DNA of 64,000 nt from an uncultured Chloroflexia bacterium (GTDB taxonomy: Bacteria > Chloroflexota > Dehalococcoidia > DSTF01 > JALHUB01), in the NCBI GenBank assembly GCA_963835655.1, contig CAWIGJ010000003.1:689016-753015 (forward strand), read 5' to 3'. This document shows positions 52,935-63,200 of this stretch, in pieces (positions within the stretch are counted from its first letter, which is position 1; every line of letters begins with the position of its first letter). The notes beneath the pieces are model-generated. The model did no database searches. It was not told where the DNA came from and saw nothing but the letters and a program-made list of their open reading frames with translations. Made by a program: the position numbers and the translations under genes.

Positions 52935-53903
52935 CTAGGGGATCAAAAGCACCCGACCAAAGGCCTTCCGGCTCTCAATGTATGCGTGCGCCGCCTCCGC
53001 CTCCGACAGCGGATACGTGCGGTCGATGACAACGCGAAGCGACCCCCTGGCAACGTCTTCTAGGCGCCGCGCCACCATCGGGAGCACGCGTTCGGGATTC
53101 GTCGCCCTCTCCAGACCGAAGGCAACGCACGTCAGCGAGCGACTGCCCTGCGCGAGGAAGCCCAAATCCGGAGCTTCGTTGGTCCGGCCAGCCCGGCCCA
53201 CGCTCATTACCCTTCCTCTGTAAGCCAGGCTCTTGAAAGTCCCCTCGAGGGCCCTACCCCCTACCGTATCGACAGCGAGGTCGACCCCCTTGCCATCCGT
53301 GAGTCTTCGACAGACCTCCACAAAGTCGTCCGTCAAGTAGTTGATTCCGTGGTCAAGCCCGAACTCTGTCAGCCGCTCCAGCTTGTCGTCGGTCGAGGCC
53401 GTGGCCAGCACCCTGGCGCCTGCCCGCTTCGCCAATTGGATTGCCGCAAGTCCGACGCCGCCCGCGCCGGCCTGAATCAGCACTGTCTCGCCTGCCCTCA
53501 GATGACCGAACTCGAAAAGGCAATCGTCGGCCGTGCCGAACGGGATGGGCACGCAAGCTGCTCGTTCCAGGTCAAGCCCCTCCGGGATCAGCCATGTGAC
53601 GGCCGCCGGCACCGCCACAGCCGCAGCATGTGAGCCGCGACCCGAGGTTGTGACGACGCGTTGGCCGGCCGAACGGTCCGTCACGTTGGCTCCTATCTCT
53701 CGGATGATGCCGGCACACTGATAACCTACTATGTGAGGCTTCGATGTCATCGGGCCGCCGGCCCGGTTGAGGACGTCTCCACCTTCGATGCTCACCGCCC
53801 TGACATCGATGAGTACGCCGTCCGGGTGGCACTGCGGGTCAGGTACGTCCTCATATCGGAAGACGCTGGGAGGGCCCGTTTCGTAGTAGACTGCTGCCTT
53901 CAT
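52935..53903 (-). CDS. Zinc-type MDR alcohol dehydrogenase / NADPH:quinone reductase family
   Basis: Starts MKAAVYYETGPPS at 53903 with AAGGGGAGGAG RBS. Rossmann motif (ETVLIQAGAGGVGLAAIQLAK). Confidence 0.85.
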   Translation of the reverse strand: MKAAVYYETGPPSVFRYEDVPDPQCHPDGVLIDVRAVSIEGGDVLNRAGGPMTSKPHIVGYQCAGIIREIGANVTDRSAGQRVVTTSGRGSHAAAVAVPAAVTWLIPEGLDLERAACVPIPFGTADDCLFEFGHLRAGETVLIQAGAGGVGLAAIQLAKRAGARVLATASTDDKLERLTEFGLDHGINYLTDDFVEVCRRLTDGKGVDLAVDTVGGRALEGTFKSLAYRGRVMSVGRAGRTNEAPDLGFLAQGSRSLTCVAFGLERATNPERVLPMVARRLEDVARGSLRVVIDRTYPLSEAEAAHAYIESRKAFGRVLLIP

Positions 53904-54120
53904 TGTCTCCTCCCCTTTACGCCCTGGTCGAGACAGATCTCGGGTAGAGCTCGGCAAACTCTGTGTCGCCAAAGTGCGACACGATCAACGCTTCAGAACC
54001 AACCGGCATTCCCCATTTCGATCTGGTAGACCTGCAAATGGGAGCACTGCTGCCGGCGAATCGCATGCTACTTCCGGCCCCATGTCGTGTCAATGAAAAC
54101 CTGCGGGCGCTCAAGCGGGC

Positions 54121-54223
54121 CGAATGGTTGCTAGTCAGCGAACAGTCAGTGGCGTCTGAGATTGGCCGAGAGCCTCTCCAGGTGCCTGTAGAAAGAGTTA
54201 TGAAACGAATGGTGTGGTACCCC
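54121..54223 (+). repeat. Conserved intergenic element, copy A (about 100-125 nt)
   Basis: Roughly 80% identical to 59647..59751, with core TAGAAAGAGTTAYRGAAACGAATGGTGTGGTACCCC. Contains short hairpin-forming palindromes (cagg-tg-cctg). Confidence 0.6.
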
Positions 54224-54387
54224 AGGCAGGATTCCAACTTCACCTTCAACAAAGGCAGCGGGTCTAATCCCCGTGACAGGGCAGTGAAGATGGATGGCTT
54301 TTTGGCTTATAGAGAAGGCTCGGTGATCCGCAGCATGAAACAGGCCGGGCCTCGCCCGGCCTGTACTTGGTCAAGCGCATAGAAACG

Positions 54388-54420
54388 TTGGAGCGGCGGG
54401 CCGGATTCGAACCCGTGACA
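54388..54420 (-). other. tRNA-like 3' fragment (T-loop GGTTCGAATCC plus acceptor-3' and CCA-like end); not a complete tRNA
   Basis: Minus strand reads ...gtcacGGGTTCGAATCCggcccgccgctCCA. No complementary acceptor 5' strand and no D or anticodon arm could be folded within 120 nt. The T-stem carries mismatches. Confidence 0.35.
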
Positions 54421-54543
54421 TCTTGCTTGAGGAACCACGTATCCGACTTAGACACAGCTCACGAATCTGGAACGGCAAGACTAGTCGAGATTGCGGCAAT
54501 TGGCGGGCCGCCGAAACCGACCTAAGCCAGGGTCACAAGGCAC

Positions 54544-54912
54544 CTAGGGAACGCTCTCTATATCTCTAGAAGCTATTACGTCTACGCCTAAATTGAGCAG
54601 ATTCGGCACAACTACCATTCCCATCTTGATGGGAGCCCGGAGGGCAATGTGACTGACATGCTCAACCGCGTCGAAGATCCGCTCTTTGGGCAGTTCTTTG
54701 TTCGAGCGAACGGGTATTACCGGAAGCTTTCCCCCATCGACACGCATAGTGGTTACGAGCATGCGCTTCGGTTCGCGGTATTCCTGATCGCCATATTCCA
54801 TGCCCCGCTTGCAGCTAGCGCCTATCACTTCGAGGGACCCATCAGGACGCTCAGTGACGGTGAGCTGACATCCGCTCGGACAGATTATGCAGGTGATAGT
54901 TTCCTGCCTCAT
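54544..54912 (-). CDS. DUF1667 domain protein
   Basis: 122 aa; MRQETITCIICPSGCQLTV...VIASRDI resembles DUF1667 proteins that accompany GlpA-like FAD oxidoreductases. Confidence 0.7.
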   Translation of the reverse strand: MRQETITCIICPSGCQLTVTERPDGSLEVIGASCKRGMEYGDQEYREPKRMLVTTMRVDGGKLPVIPVRSNKELPKERIFDAVEHVSHIALRAPIKMGMVVVPNLLNLGVDVIASRDIESVP

Positions 54913-56192
54913 TCCACTGCGCCCCCTTCCGCCTGTGGAACGATTCGCACGATAATCTCATTATTCTGTATCGTCGACGGGTCCGGCCTCGTAGTCACGT
55001 TGATCATCTCGCTCGGGATCACATGTGGCCGGTTGCGTTTGGCGAGTACGCGTCCGCCCGACTCAATACGAACCTGCGTGTTCTCGTCGGGAGCTTTCGG
55101 ACGGAATGAAAACTGGACTCTTGTGTCCGTCGTCAAATAGTCCACGAATTGCGGGACCACATATCCTACGTTGTCTCCAGGGATGACGTTGATGCGTTGC
55201 CGCTCTGGCCTGCCCTTGCCCGCGTCCTTGACGTACTGTGCTGCGCTGCTGCCTGCGCGTTGAGCCTCAAGCGTTACCCAATCCACTAGATCATGCACCT
55301 GGAGCACGTTGCCGGCCGCGAAAATCCCGGGCACCGACGTCTCGCAAAGCTCATTGACCACGGGCCCTCCTGTGGATGACAGCTCGACTCCCGCTTTTTG
55401 AGAGAGCTCGTTCTCCGGAATCAGCCCTACGGAAAACAGCACTGTGTCGCACTCGATGTAGCGACTCGTACCTTGTAAGGGACGCCATTTATCGTCTACT
55501 TGCGAAATGGTGACTCCTTGTACACGGTCCTTACCGTGAATGTGGGTGACCGTATGGCACAAGTACAAGGGGACATTGTAGTCTTCGAGACACTGGACGC
55601 GATTTCGGATCAACCCCGCTGCATAGGGAAGCACCTCTACTACCCCGTTTACCCTTGCTCCCTCTAACGTCAGGCGCCGGGCCATGATCATGCCGATATC
55701 CCCGGAGCCCACGATCACCACGGATTTAGCGGGCATGTAGCCTTCCACGTTTACGAAGCGTTGAGAAAGGCCAGCAGGAAAGACCCCAGCGCAACGGTCG
55801 CCTGGGATGTTGATGGCACCTCGGCTACGCTCACGGCACCCCAACGCCAACACCACAGCCTGGCTTCTGATCATCAGCACGCCGTCGCTCTTGTTGACGG
55901 CGGTGATAGTCTTATCTGGCTTGAGGTCAATAACCATCGTCCCGCACAGGACTTCTATGTCAGTGCCCACCAGTTGATTGATGAAGCGCTGTGCGTACTC
56001 GGGTCCGGTAAGTTCCTCCTTGAAATATCTGAGTCCAAACCCGTTGTGAATACATTGCTGCAAAATGCCGCCGAGCTCGAAATCCCGTTCCAATATCAGA
56101 ACTCGTATGCCGTTCTTGGCAGCCTCGAGAGCTGCTGCCAGGCCGCTTGGCCCACCGCCGACCACGGCGACATCCGTAGTGACTTCCTTCAT
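54909..56192 (-). CDS. FAD/NAD(P)-binding pyridine nucleotide-disulfide oxidoreductase family protein
   Basis: 427 aa; N-terminal VAVVGGGPSGLAAALEAAK and a second dinucleotide-binding motif (VVIVGSGDIGMIMARRL). Confidence 0.8.
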   Translation of the reverse strand: MKEVTTDVAVVGGGPSGLAAALEAAKNGIRVLILERDFELGGILQQCIHNGFGLRYFKEELTGPEYAQRFINQLVGTDIEVLCGTMVIDLKPDKTITAVNKSDGVLMIRSQAVVLALGCRERSRGAINIPGDRCAGVFPAGLSQRFVNVEGYMPAKSVVIVGSGDIGMIMARRLTLEGARVNGVVEVLPYAAGLIRNRVQCLEDYNVPLYLCHTVTHIHGKDRVQGVTISQVDDKWRPLQGTSRYIECDTVLFSVGLIPENELSQKAGVELSSTGGPVVNELCETSVPGIFAAGNVLQVHDLVDWVTLEAQRAGSSAAQYVKDAGKGRPERQRINVIPGDNVGYVVPQFVDYLTTDTRVQFSFRPKAPDENTQVRIESGGRVLAKRNRPHVIPSEMINVTTRPDPSTIQNNEIIVRIVPQAEGGAVE

Positions 56193-57640
56193 TACTGCAA
56201 AGCCTCCGACGGAAGATCCTTGGTCCGCCCGAATAGCAAACGAGAGTCTCCGCCTTTGAGCGTGACTTGCTCAACAGGTATTCTCAACTCGCGCGCGAGG
56301 ATCTTCATAAGCTTGGGAGTGCAAAACCCACCTTGGCAGCGTCCCATCTGGGCCCGAACACGCATCTTTATGCCGTCAAGAGTGCGCGCCCCCACCGGGC
56401 GCTCGATGGCCTCCACGATCTCCTTTTCCGACACCATCTCGCACCGGCATATCACCTGGCCTGCTCGCGGATCCTGTTTGATGATCTTATCCAGTTCATC
56501 CGGCGCTGCTGCATGCAGGCGAAATGGCTCGGCAATTTCGCCTCGATACTCGTGCCGCGGTTCGAGCGGCAAACCCGCCTCGCCGAGCATGCCGGCGATA
56601 TCGACACCGATAGCTAGACAGGAGCTTAACCCCGGAGATTGAATACCTGCCGCATTGAAGAACCCTCGGACTTTGGTCGGACCAATGACAAAATCATCGC
56701 AATCGGCTTTCGCGCGTAGACCCGCAAAGTTTCGGATTGCTTTGCCCAGCGGCAGATTCGGGACCAACTTGTCACCGCCTTCGACGATTTCCCAAATACC
56801 GCTGGTCGTGGTAGCGACGTCTTCGCGGTCTTCAGAGAAAACGTTGTTCGGGCCAACGATGACGTTGCCGTGGGTGGTCGGGGCGACGAGAATGCCCTTG
56901 CTTTGCTTCGTTGGAATGGGGAACAACACATGATTAAGGCTGATCGCGCTCTTGTCCAACAGGACGTACTCGCCTTTCCAGGCCGACATGGTGAAGGTAT
57001 TCAACCCCACCATCTGTTCGACCTTGTCGGAGTACAATCCTGCGGCGTTGACTACATAACGAGCCTCCAGGTGATCGCGCGTTGTTTTGATGATGAAGCG
57101 ATCCGAGCGCGTTTCGATCTGCTCGACGGGCGATTCTAAGAAGAACATTGTCCCGTTCATCGCGGCGCACTCACACAGACGAATGTTCAACTCGTAAGGG
57201 CTGACGATACCACCGGTGGGTGCGTACATTACGCCCTTAACATTCTTCGTCAACTCTGGTTCCATCTCGTGTATGCGTCCGGGATCAGTGATGATTTCTA
57301 CGGGCACGTTGTTTCGCGCCGCCTGCGCTGCCAAGTTGTTAAGGTAGCCCGTTTCGCCGTCCCGCACCGCGACGACAAATGTTCCGCATCGACGGAACGG
57401 CACTTTTAGGTCCGCGCACACCTTATCGAACATCGGATTGGCCATGACGTTGTACTTGGTCTTGAGACTGTCCGTCGATGCGCCATACCCTGCGTGTAGT
57501 ATCCCTGAGTTGGCTTTGCTCGTGCCCATGGCCACGTCGGCTTCTTTTTCGATCACCGCCACGCGCAGGTCGTACTTGGCAAGCGCCCACCCTACGGACG
57601 CGCCCGTGACGCCCGCACCAATAATCGCTACGTCAAACAA
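56192..57640 (-). CDS. FAD-dependent oxidoreductase, GlpA / L-2-hydroxyglutarate oxidase-like, with C-terminal BFD-like [2Fe-2S] domain
   Basis: 482 aa; VAIIGAGVTGASVGWALAK; C-terminal CRCEMVSEKEIVEAI...CQGGFC. Confidence 0.8.
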   Translation of the reverse strand: MFDVAIIGAGVTGASVGWALAKYDLRVAVIEKEADVAMGTSKANSGILHAGYGASTDSLKTKYNVMANPMFDKVCADLKVPFRRCGTFVVAVRDGETGYLNNLAAQAARNNVPVEIITDPGRIHEMEPELTKNVKGVMYAPTGGIVSPYELNIRLCECAAMNGTMFFLESPVEQIETRSDRFIIKTTRDHLEARYVVNAAGLYSDKVEQMVGLNTFTMSAWKGEYVLLDKSAISLNHVLFPIPTKQSKGILVAPTTHGNVIVGPNNVFSEDREDVATTTSGIWEIVEGGDKLVPNLPLGKAIRNFAGLRAKADCDDFVIGPTKVRGFFNAAGIQSPGLSSCLAIGVDIAGMLGEAGLPLEPRHEYRGEIAEPFRLHAAAPDELDKIIKQDPRAGQVICRCEMVSEKEIVEAIERPVGARTLDGIKMRVRAQMGRCQGGFCTPKLMKILARELRIPVEQVTLKGGDSRLLFGRTKDLPSEALQ

Positions 57641-57858
57641 TTGTTGATCTTTCGTAATCCTCTGGGCGCACGAGTCCCCAGGCTCGGGACGGAGCCGCAG
57701 ACAATAGCTTCGAGTCGCTTCGTTGCGGATGTGCTGCTGAAATCACTATTTGGAGCAGAACTCTCAGCTCGAAGCGCCTTGCATCCTTCAATAGTGGTGG
57801 GTGGTTTCCACAAAGCATGGTAAGTACCGGCCCATAACGCAAAACCGTGGATGCCGTT

Positions 57859-58998
57859 CTAGCATGCCCAGGACATCGGTTCGGGCGGCGAGAAGACGGA
57901 CTTCACTTCCACTATAGAATGACGGCGAGATGCTTCTTCGATCGATTCCATTACGTCGATAATGTGTCCTGCCATCTCGGCGCTTGCCCTATGCGGGCGC
58001 CCTTCACGCATCGCGACGGCCAGGTCGATCGGGCCGCGCGCGTAATCCATGCCCGTGATTGGGTGCAGGTTCTCCGGCTTCTGTAGCAGTTCCACGCGCT
58101 GATAGCCCTGATTGAAGGGCGCTAGCTCGATCTCCGCGTCGAAGCGGCCGGAGTGGGACAGAGAGAGCGACGCCTCATCGCCGTGGAATTCCACCATTTC
58201 GCCCTGCTTCTTGAGTGAATCGGCATAGCCGCAGATGGTCAGCCTCACCAGCGGCCCGCTTGCGTAGGTCAGGAGCGCCAAGACGAAATCGGGCTTAGGT
58301 ATGCTAAACTTCGCCCCATCCCGCGTGCAGCGCTCCGGAAGCAGCGTCCGCTCCAGCACTTCAACGCTGTTGACCGGTCCGAATATGCTGGCAAGCATTG
58401 TCAACGGATAGGGCCCCATATCGAACAGTAGGCCGCATTCGTAGAATTGCTGCGGCGCCGGATGCCAGGCTTCGACGCGGCCGTGGTTGACTTCGGCGTA
58501 GACGAGGCGGACCCTTCCCAGCCGTCCCTCTCGCAACAGTTTGGAGGCAGTCTGTTGAGCCTCGCCCATGAATGTTGAGGGTGCTGAAGCGAGCCGGAGG
58601 CCTTTTTCGCTGGCCAGCGCGATAAGCTGCATCGCGTCATCACGGCAATGGGACAGGGGCTTCTCCGTGTAGACACTCTTCCCCGCCTCAAGGCAGCGCC
58701 TGACGACCTTGGCATGCTCCGTCGCCGTTGTCAGATTAAGCACCAGCTCGACGTTGCTATCGGCGAGAAGCTCTTCCGGCGAGGCGTATGACGGCAGCCG
58801 CCAGTCTCTTCCGAATTCGGCCGCTCTTTCTGGTAGCAGGTCTGCGGCTCCGACCAGCTTGATCTCAGAGTAGTGCTGCAGTGACATGTGGTAGCCGCGG
58901 GCGATCATCCCGCAGCCCATAATGGCGGTCCGCACGGGCTCGATCTTCGATTCACCGGGAGTCGTTGGGTCGGGCTTCGTGATAGTCATGTTGCTCAA
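57859..58998 (-). CDS. Gfo/Idh/MocA-family NAD(P)-dependent oxidoreductase
   Basis: 379 aa; N-terminal Rossmann fold (VRTAIMGCGMIARGYH), Gfo/Idh/MocA C-terminal domain. Confidence 0.8.
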   Translation of the reverse strand: MSNMTITKPDPTTPGESKIEPVRTAIMGCGMIARGYHMSLQHYSEIKLVGAADLLPERAAEFGRDWRLPSYASPEELLADSNVELVLNLTTATEHAKVVRRCLEAGKSVYTEKPLSHCRDDAMQLIALASEKGLRLASAPSTFMGEAQQTASKLLREGRLGRVRLVYAEVNHGRVEAWHPAPQQFYECGLLFDMGPYPLTMLASIFGPVNSVEVLERTLLPERCTRDGAKFSIPKPDFVLALLTYASGPLVRLTICGYADSLKKQGEMVEFHGDEASLSLSHSGRFDAEIELAPFNQGYQRVELLQKPENLHPITGMDYARGPIDLAVAMREGRPHRASAEMAGHIIDVMESIEEASRRHSIVEVKSVFSPPEPMSWAC

Positions 58999-59646
58999 GC
59001 TTCACCGTTTGCTTGCTGCGTCAACCCACAAGACCAACGCCACGATCATAGACCATTGTTGGCCAGAGCCCAATCATGGGAGCACCACGCCAGCCGGCAC
59101 GCGCTTTGGAAGAACCGCAAGCTACGCGGGCGCGGGCTAAAGCTTCGAGTCCAGTACTGAGACTGCTTGCCGCGACTGCACCGCTGTGCTTGATGGGGTT
59201 AATGGCAACTGCGTGGACGTATGTCGGTCACCAAATCTAGGCATGGGAACCCCGCCTCACGGGTTTTCAAATCCGGTTGGATAGATAAGAATAGCCATCG
59301 AGCAAAGGTACATAGGCCAACATGCCCTGCAAGGGGCGCCGGGGACTCGCGCGCGCGGTGGCTGTCGGAGGTGCCGTGAAGGTCGACCAACCAGGATGTA
59401 GCTTCGCCCTGCGAGTGCTCCCCACTGCTGCGAATCTAAGGATATGGTTCTCCGCCCAGAGCAAGCGCGTTCGCGTGCCGGTGAGGGGAATACTACCGCC
59501 AAAGCACCGCTCAGAGGAAGCTACACCGGCAGCGATCTGCCTTCAAAGGTTTCACCAGTCGGATCGGGCGAGCCCGCTGCGGCTAAAGGTTCATCCGGAA
59601 GAAAAGTGAAGCGATATGCTTGAAAGTCGAGAATGGAGTAGCGCGG

Positions 59647-59751
59647 CGAATATTTGCCAGTTAGCAGAGCCGCCCGTAGCGGCAGAGATGGGCCGAGATG
59701 GCCTCTAGGTGCCCCTAGAAAGAGTTACAGAACGAATGGTGTGGTACCCCC
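59647..59751 (+). repeat. Conserved intergenic element, copy B
   Basis: Second copy of the element at 54121..54223; contains the hairpin CTAGG-tgcc-CCTAG (59705-59718). Lies in the 1.25-kb intergenic region upstream of the NdvB-like gene. Confidence 0.6.
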
Positions 59752-60255
59752 AACAGTTGTCATTCATAACTCTAAGGGCATTTGGTATTGCCTTTGCTTT
59801 GAACGGGGAGGGAGGCGGCTCAGACTGACAGCGGAGTAGTGCTTGTGATTCTCCGGTTGAGAAGACTTCCGGATTAAGAGTCAGAGCCTGTACCGCGGGA
59901 CCTTCAGCTCCTTCAGATACGAATGGCGGCGCGCAGTCGACAGGCCCGCTCGGCAAGGGATGACCGGTCAGACCTGCCCGCCATCGCTGCGGGACCAGCA
60001 TGCGATGTGGTACGGTAGCGAGGGCAAGATGCGGGTACGTCGCCGTTTACGCCCAAGTGTGCTTCATACGGAAGTGAGGCCAGCCGTCCTCCCTAATCTC
60101 TCTCCCGGTCTCTTATTGCGCTGGAGGAACGACTCCAGCTGCGCCTTCCAGACGCCGGGAAGACGCAACGGAACACTGTCGCGTCTTGCGGCCCAACGGA
60201 CTGCACTTCATTATTGCAGTTGCAGCTTCGCCGAAGTCAGAGAGGACAGTCCGGC

Positions 60256-63200
60256 TTGAACAACGGCAGGAGAAGCCTTCGCAGCGCCATCCGGGCTATC
60301 TGGGGCCTCCGCCACAGGCACCGGGTCGAGCCCGCACCGGGCGGCGGTGACCAGCCGCTGCGCGCCGAGCTGCTCAGCCTCGAGCAGCTCAAGGGGCACG
60401 CGAAGGAGCTTGCGGCGAGGCACTCCATCGAGGAGAAGCGGAGGCCGGATCTTCTGCTCCCACAGCTCAATGAGAACGAGCGTGTCCTCCTCAATGCCTA
60501 CAGGCTTATAACGGACGAGGGGGAAGATCAGGTTCGTGTCACTCCGGCCGCCGAGTGGCTGCGCGACAACTTCTACCTTGTCGAGGAGCAAATACGGGCG
60601 GCACGAGGCCACCTGCCGAAAGGGTACAGCCAGGAACTCCCCCGTCTGGCTGGCGGCACCTCGGCCGGGCACCCCGTCGTCTATGCCATCGCCCTTGAGC
60701 TTGTCTCCCACGGAGACGGGCGCGTCGACGCGGGCAGCCTGAACGCTTTCGTCTCTGCCTACCAGGCCGTCAGGCCGCTAAAGTTGGGCGAGCTCTGGGC
60801 GATTCCGATCATGCTGCGCCTGGCGCTGATCAACAACCTTCGCCGCGTCGCGGCTCGTATCGCCGCCGACCGACTCGCGCGCAACCAGGCGAACCACTGG
60901 GCCGATCGGATGATCGAGGTGGCGGGAACGGAACCGACGAGCCTGATCCTTACCCTCGCGGACATGGCGCGATCCCGGCCGCCGATGTCCAGTGCCTTCG
61001 TGGCCGAACTCGCCCGACGGCTTCAGGGCCAGGGCCCCGCACAGGCGATGCCGCTTACGTGGCTGGAGCAACGGCTCACCGAGATGAGCCTGACGATCGA
61101 GCGGCTCATCCAGCTCGAGGGCCAGCAGCAGGCGGAAGGCCAGGTTTCGATTAGCAACAGTATCGGTAGCCTCCGCTTCCTCGATGCCACCGACTGGCGT
61201 GAGTTCGTCGAGACGATGAGCGTCGTTGAGGACACGCTTCGCGGGGACCCGGCCGGCGTCTATGGTCAGATGGACTTCGCCACGCGCGACCGCTACCGGC
61301 ACGTCGTCGAACGCGCAGCCCGCCGAGGTGGCCTCTCGGAGCGAGAGGTGGCGCAGAAGGCGGTGGACTTGGCCACGGCCACATCGACGCAGGCCGGTTC
61401 TCAGGATCGGACGGCCCACGTTGGCTACTACCTAATCGACCGGGGCATCCCGCTCTTCGAGCGCGCCGCTCAGGTCCGTCTCTCGCCTTTCGAACGACTC
61501 CACCGCGCAGCAGGCCGCATACCCCTAATCCTCTACCTCGGTTCCATCTGGCTGATCGCCGCGACCGTGACGTTCGCGGTGTTGGTGCAGGCCATCGCCT
61601 TCGGCACCCGAAGCTGGGGGCTGCTGCCGCTTGGGGCGCTCGTCCTCATTTGCGCCAGCTCGCTCGGCGTCGCGGTCGTGAACCGCCTGGCCACTCGCCT
61701 CGTGGAGCCCGACAAGCTACCGCGGCTTGACTTCTCAGAGGGAATACCTTCTCACCTGCGCGCTCTCATCGTCGTGCCTACGTTCCTCCCCGAACTAGAG
61801 GAAATTGAGGATTTGCTTGGGGCGCTCGAAGTACGCTTCCTAGCGAACCACGACGATAACCTCTACTTCGGACTACTGACGGACTTCCGCGACGCGCCAG
61901 CCGAGGTAATGCCAGAGGACGAGGAACTGCTCCGTCTGGCGCGCGAGGCGATCGAGGCGCTGAACCGCAAGTACCAAGACGACCGCGATGACGCCTTCTT
62001 CCTCTTCCACCGACCGCGCCGCTGGAACCCTCAAGAGCGGGTATGGATGGGCCACGAACGCAAGCGCGGGAAGCTAAGCGACCTCAACGCCCTCCTGCGC
62101 GGTGCGGAGGACGGCCGATTCTCGCTGATCGTCGGCGAACGGTCGGTGCTGCCGACCGTCAAGTACGTGATCACACTCGACGCCGACACGGAGCTCCCTC
62201 GCGACGCTGCCCGCATCCTCGTCGGCACGCTCAGTCACCCTCTCAACCGACCGCGCTACAACGAGGCGAAGGGACGCATATGCGAGGGCTATGGCATCTT
62301 GCAACCACGTCTATCGGCGGCTATGGTGAACGTCAACCGATCAAGATTCGCCCGCCTGTTCGGCGGTGAGCCCGGCATCGACCCCTATACACGGGCCGTG
62401 TCCGACGTCTACCAGGACGTTTTTCGTGAGGGGTCTTTTACCGGCAAGGGAATCTACGACGTGGACGCTTTCGAGCGGGTGCTTGGCGGCCGCTTCCCCG
62501 AGAACCTGATCCTGAGCCACGACCTGCTGGAAGGCTGCTATGCGCGGTCCGCGCTTGTCACTGATGTTCAGCTCCAAGAGAGCTACCCGACACGCTTCAG
62601 CACTGATGTAACCCGCCGCCACCGTTGGATCCGGGGTGACTGGCAGATCGCCCGTTGGCTGTTGCCGTTTGCGCCCGACGCCAGCGGCCGTTCGGTGCCC
62701 AATCCGCTCTCTGCGCTCTCGCGCTGGAAGATCTTCGACAATCTGCGGCGGAGCCTCCTGCCCGCTGCGCTCGTGCTCCTCCTGCTCCTGGGGTGGACAA
62801 CTCTTCGGCCGGCCTGGTTCTGGACATGCATTGTCGCCGGCATCGTCCTTGTCGGTCCGCTTCTCGCCTTTCTTGGCGACGTCGCTACCAGGCCAACGGG
62901 TCTGCCGATCCGCTTGCACCTCAGGGCGGTCGCCGCGTCGGGCGCCAGGCGAATGGCCCAGAGCGCGTTCGGCCTGGTGGTCCTGCCCTACGAAGCGGTC
63001 TTCAGCCTGGACGCCGTGTTCAAGACGTGGTGGCGGATGCTCATCACGCGGCGTGGTCTCCTTGAATGGACGACGTCGAGCGACGCCCGGCGGAGCGCCA
63101 GCAAGCGGCTTGTCGAATTCTTCCGAGTGATGTGGACGGCGCCGGCTATGGCAGTTGCGGTGACGGGCTACCTCTCGGCACAGCGGCCCATCGCCCTCCT

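Noticed and set aside
54388-54912. tmRNA (ssrA) hypothesis for the tRNA-like 3' end (resembles ...GGGTTCGAATCC...GCTCCA of tmRNA)
   Set aside because: The roughly 350 nt upstream on that strand are occupied by a well-supported DUF1667 protein gene, and no tmRNA 5' acceptor/PK region is present.
59960-60259. 99-aa ORF upstream of the NdvB-like gene
   Set aside because: No RBS, Arg-rich low-complexity translation, overlaps the likely ndvB leader; treated as non-coding.
60097-60960. Apparent frame discontinuity inside the N-terminus of the NdvB-like gene
   Set aside because: On re-reading the sequence lines the frame is continuous (…aac cac tgg gcc gat cgg atg…); the discontinuity was my own transcription slip, so no frameshift is claimed here.
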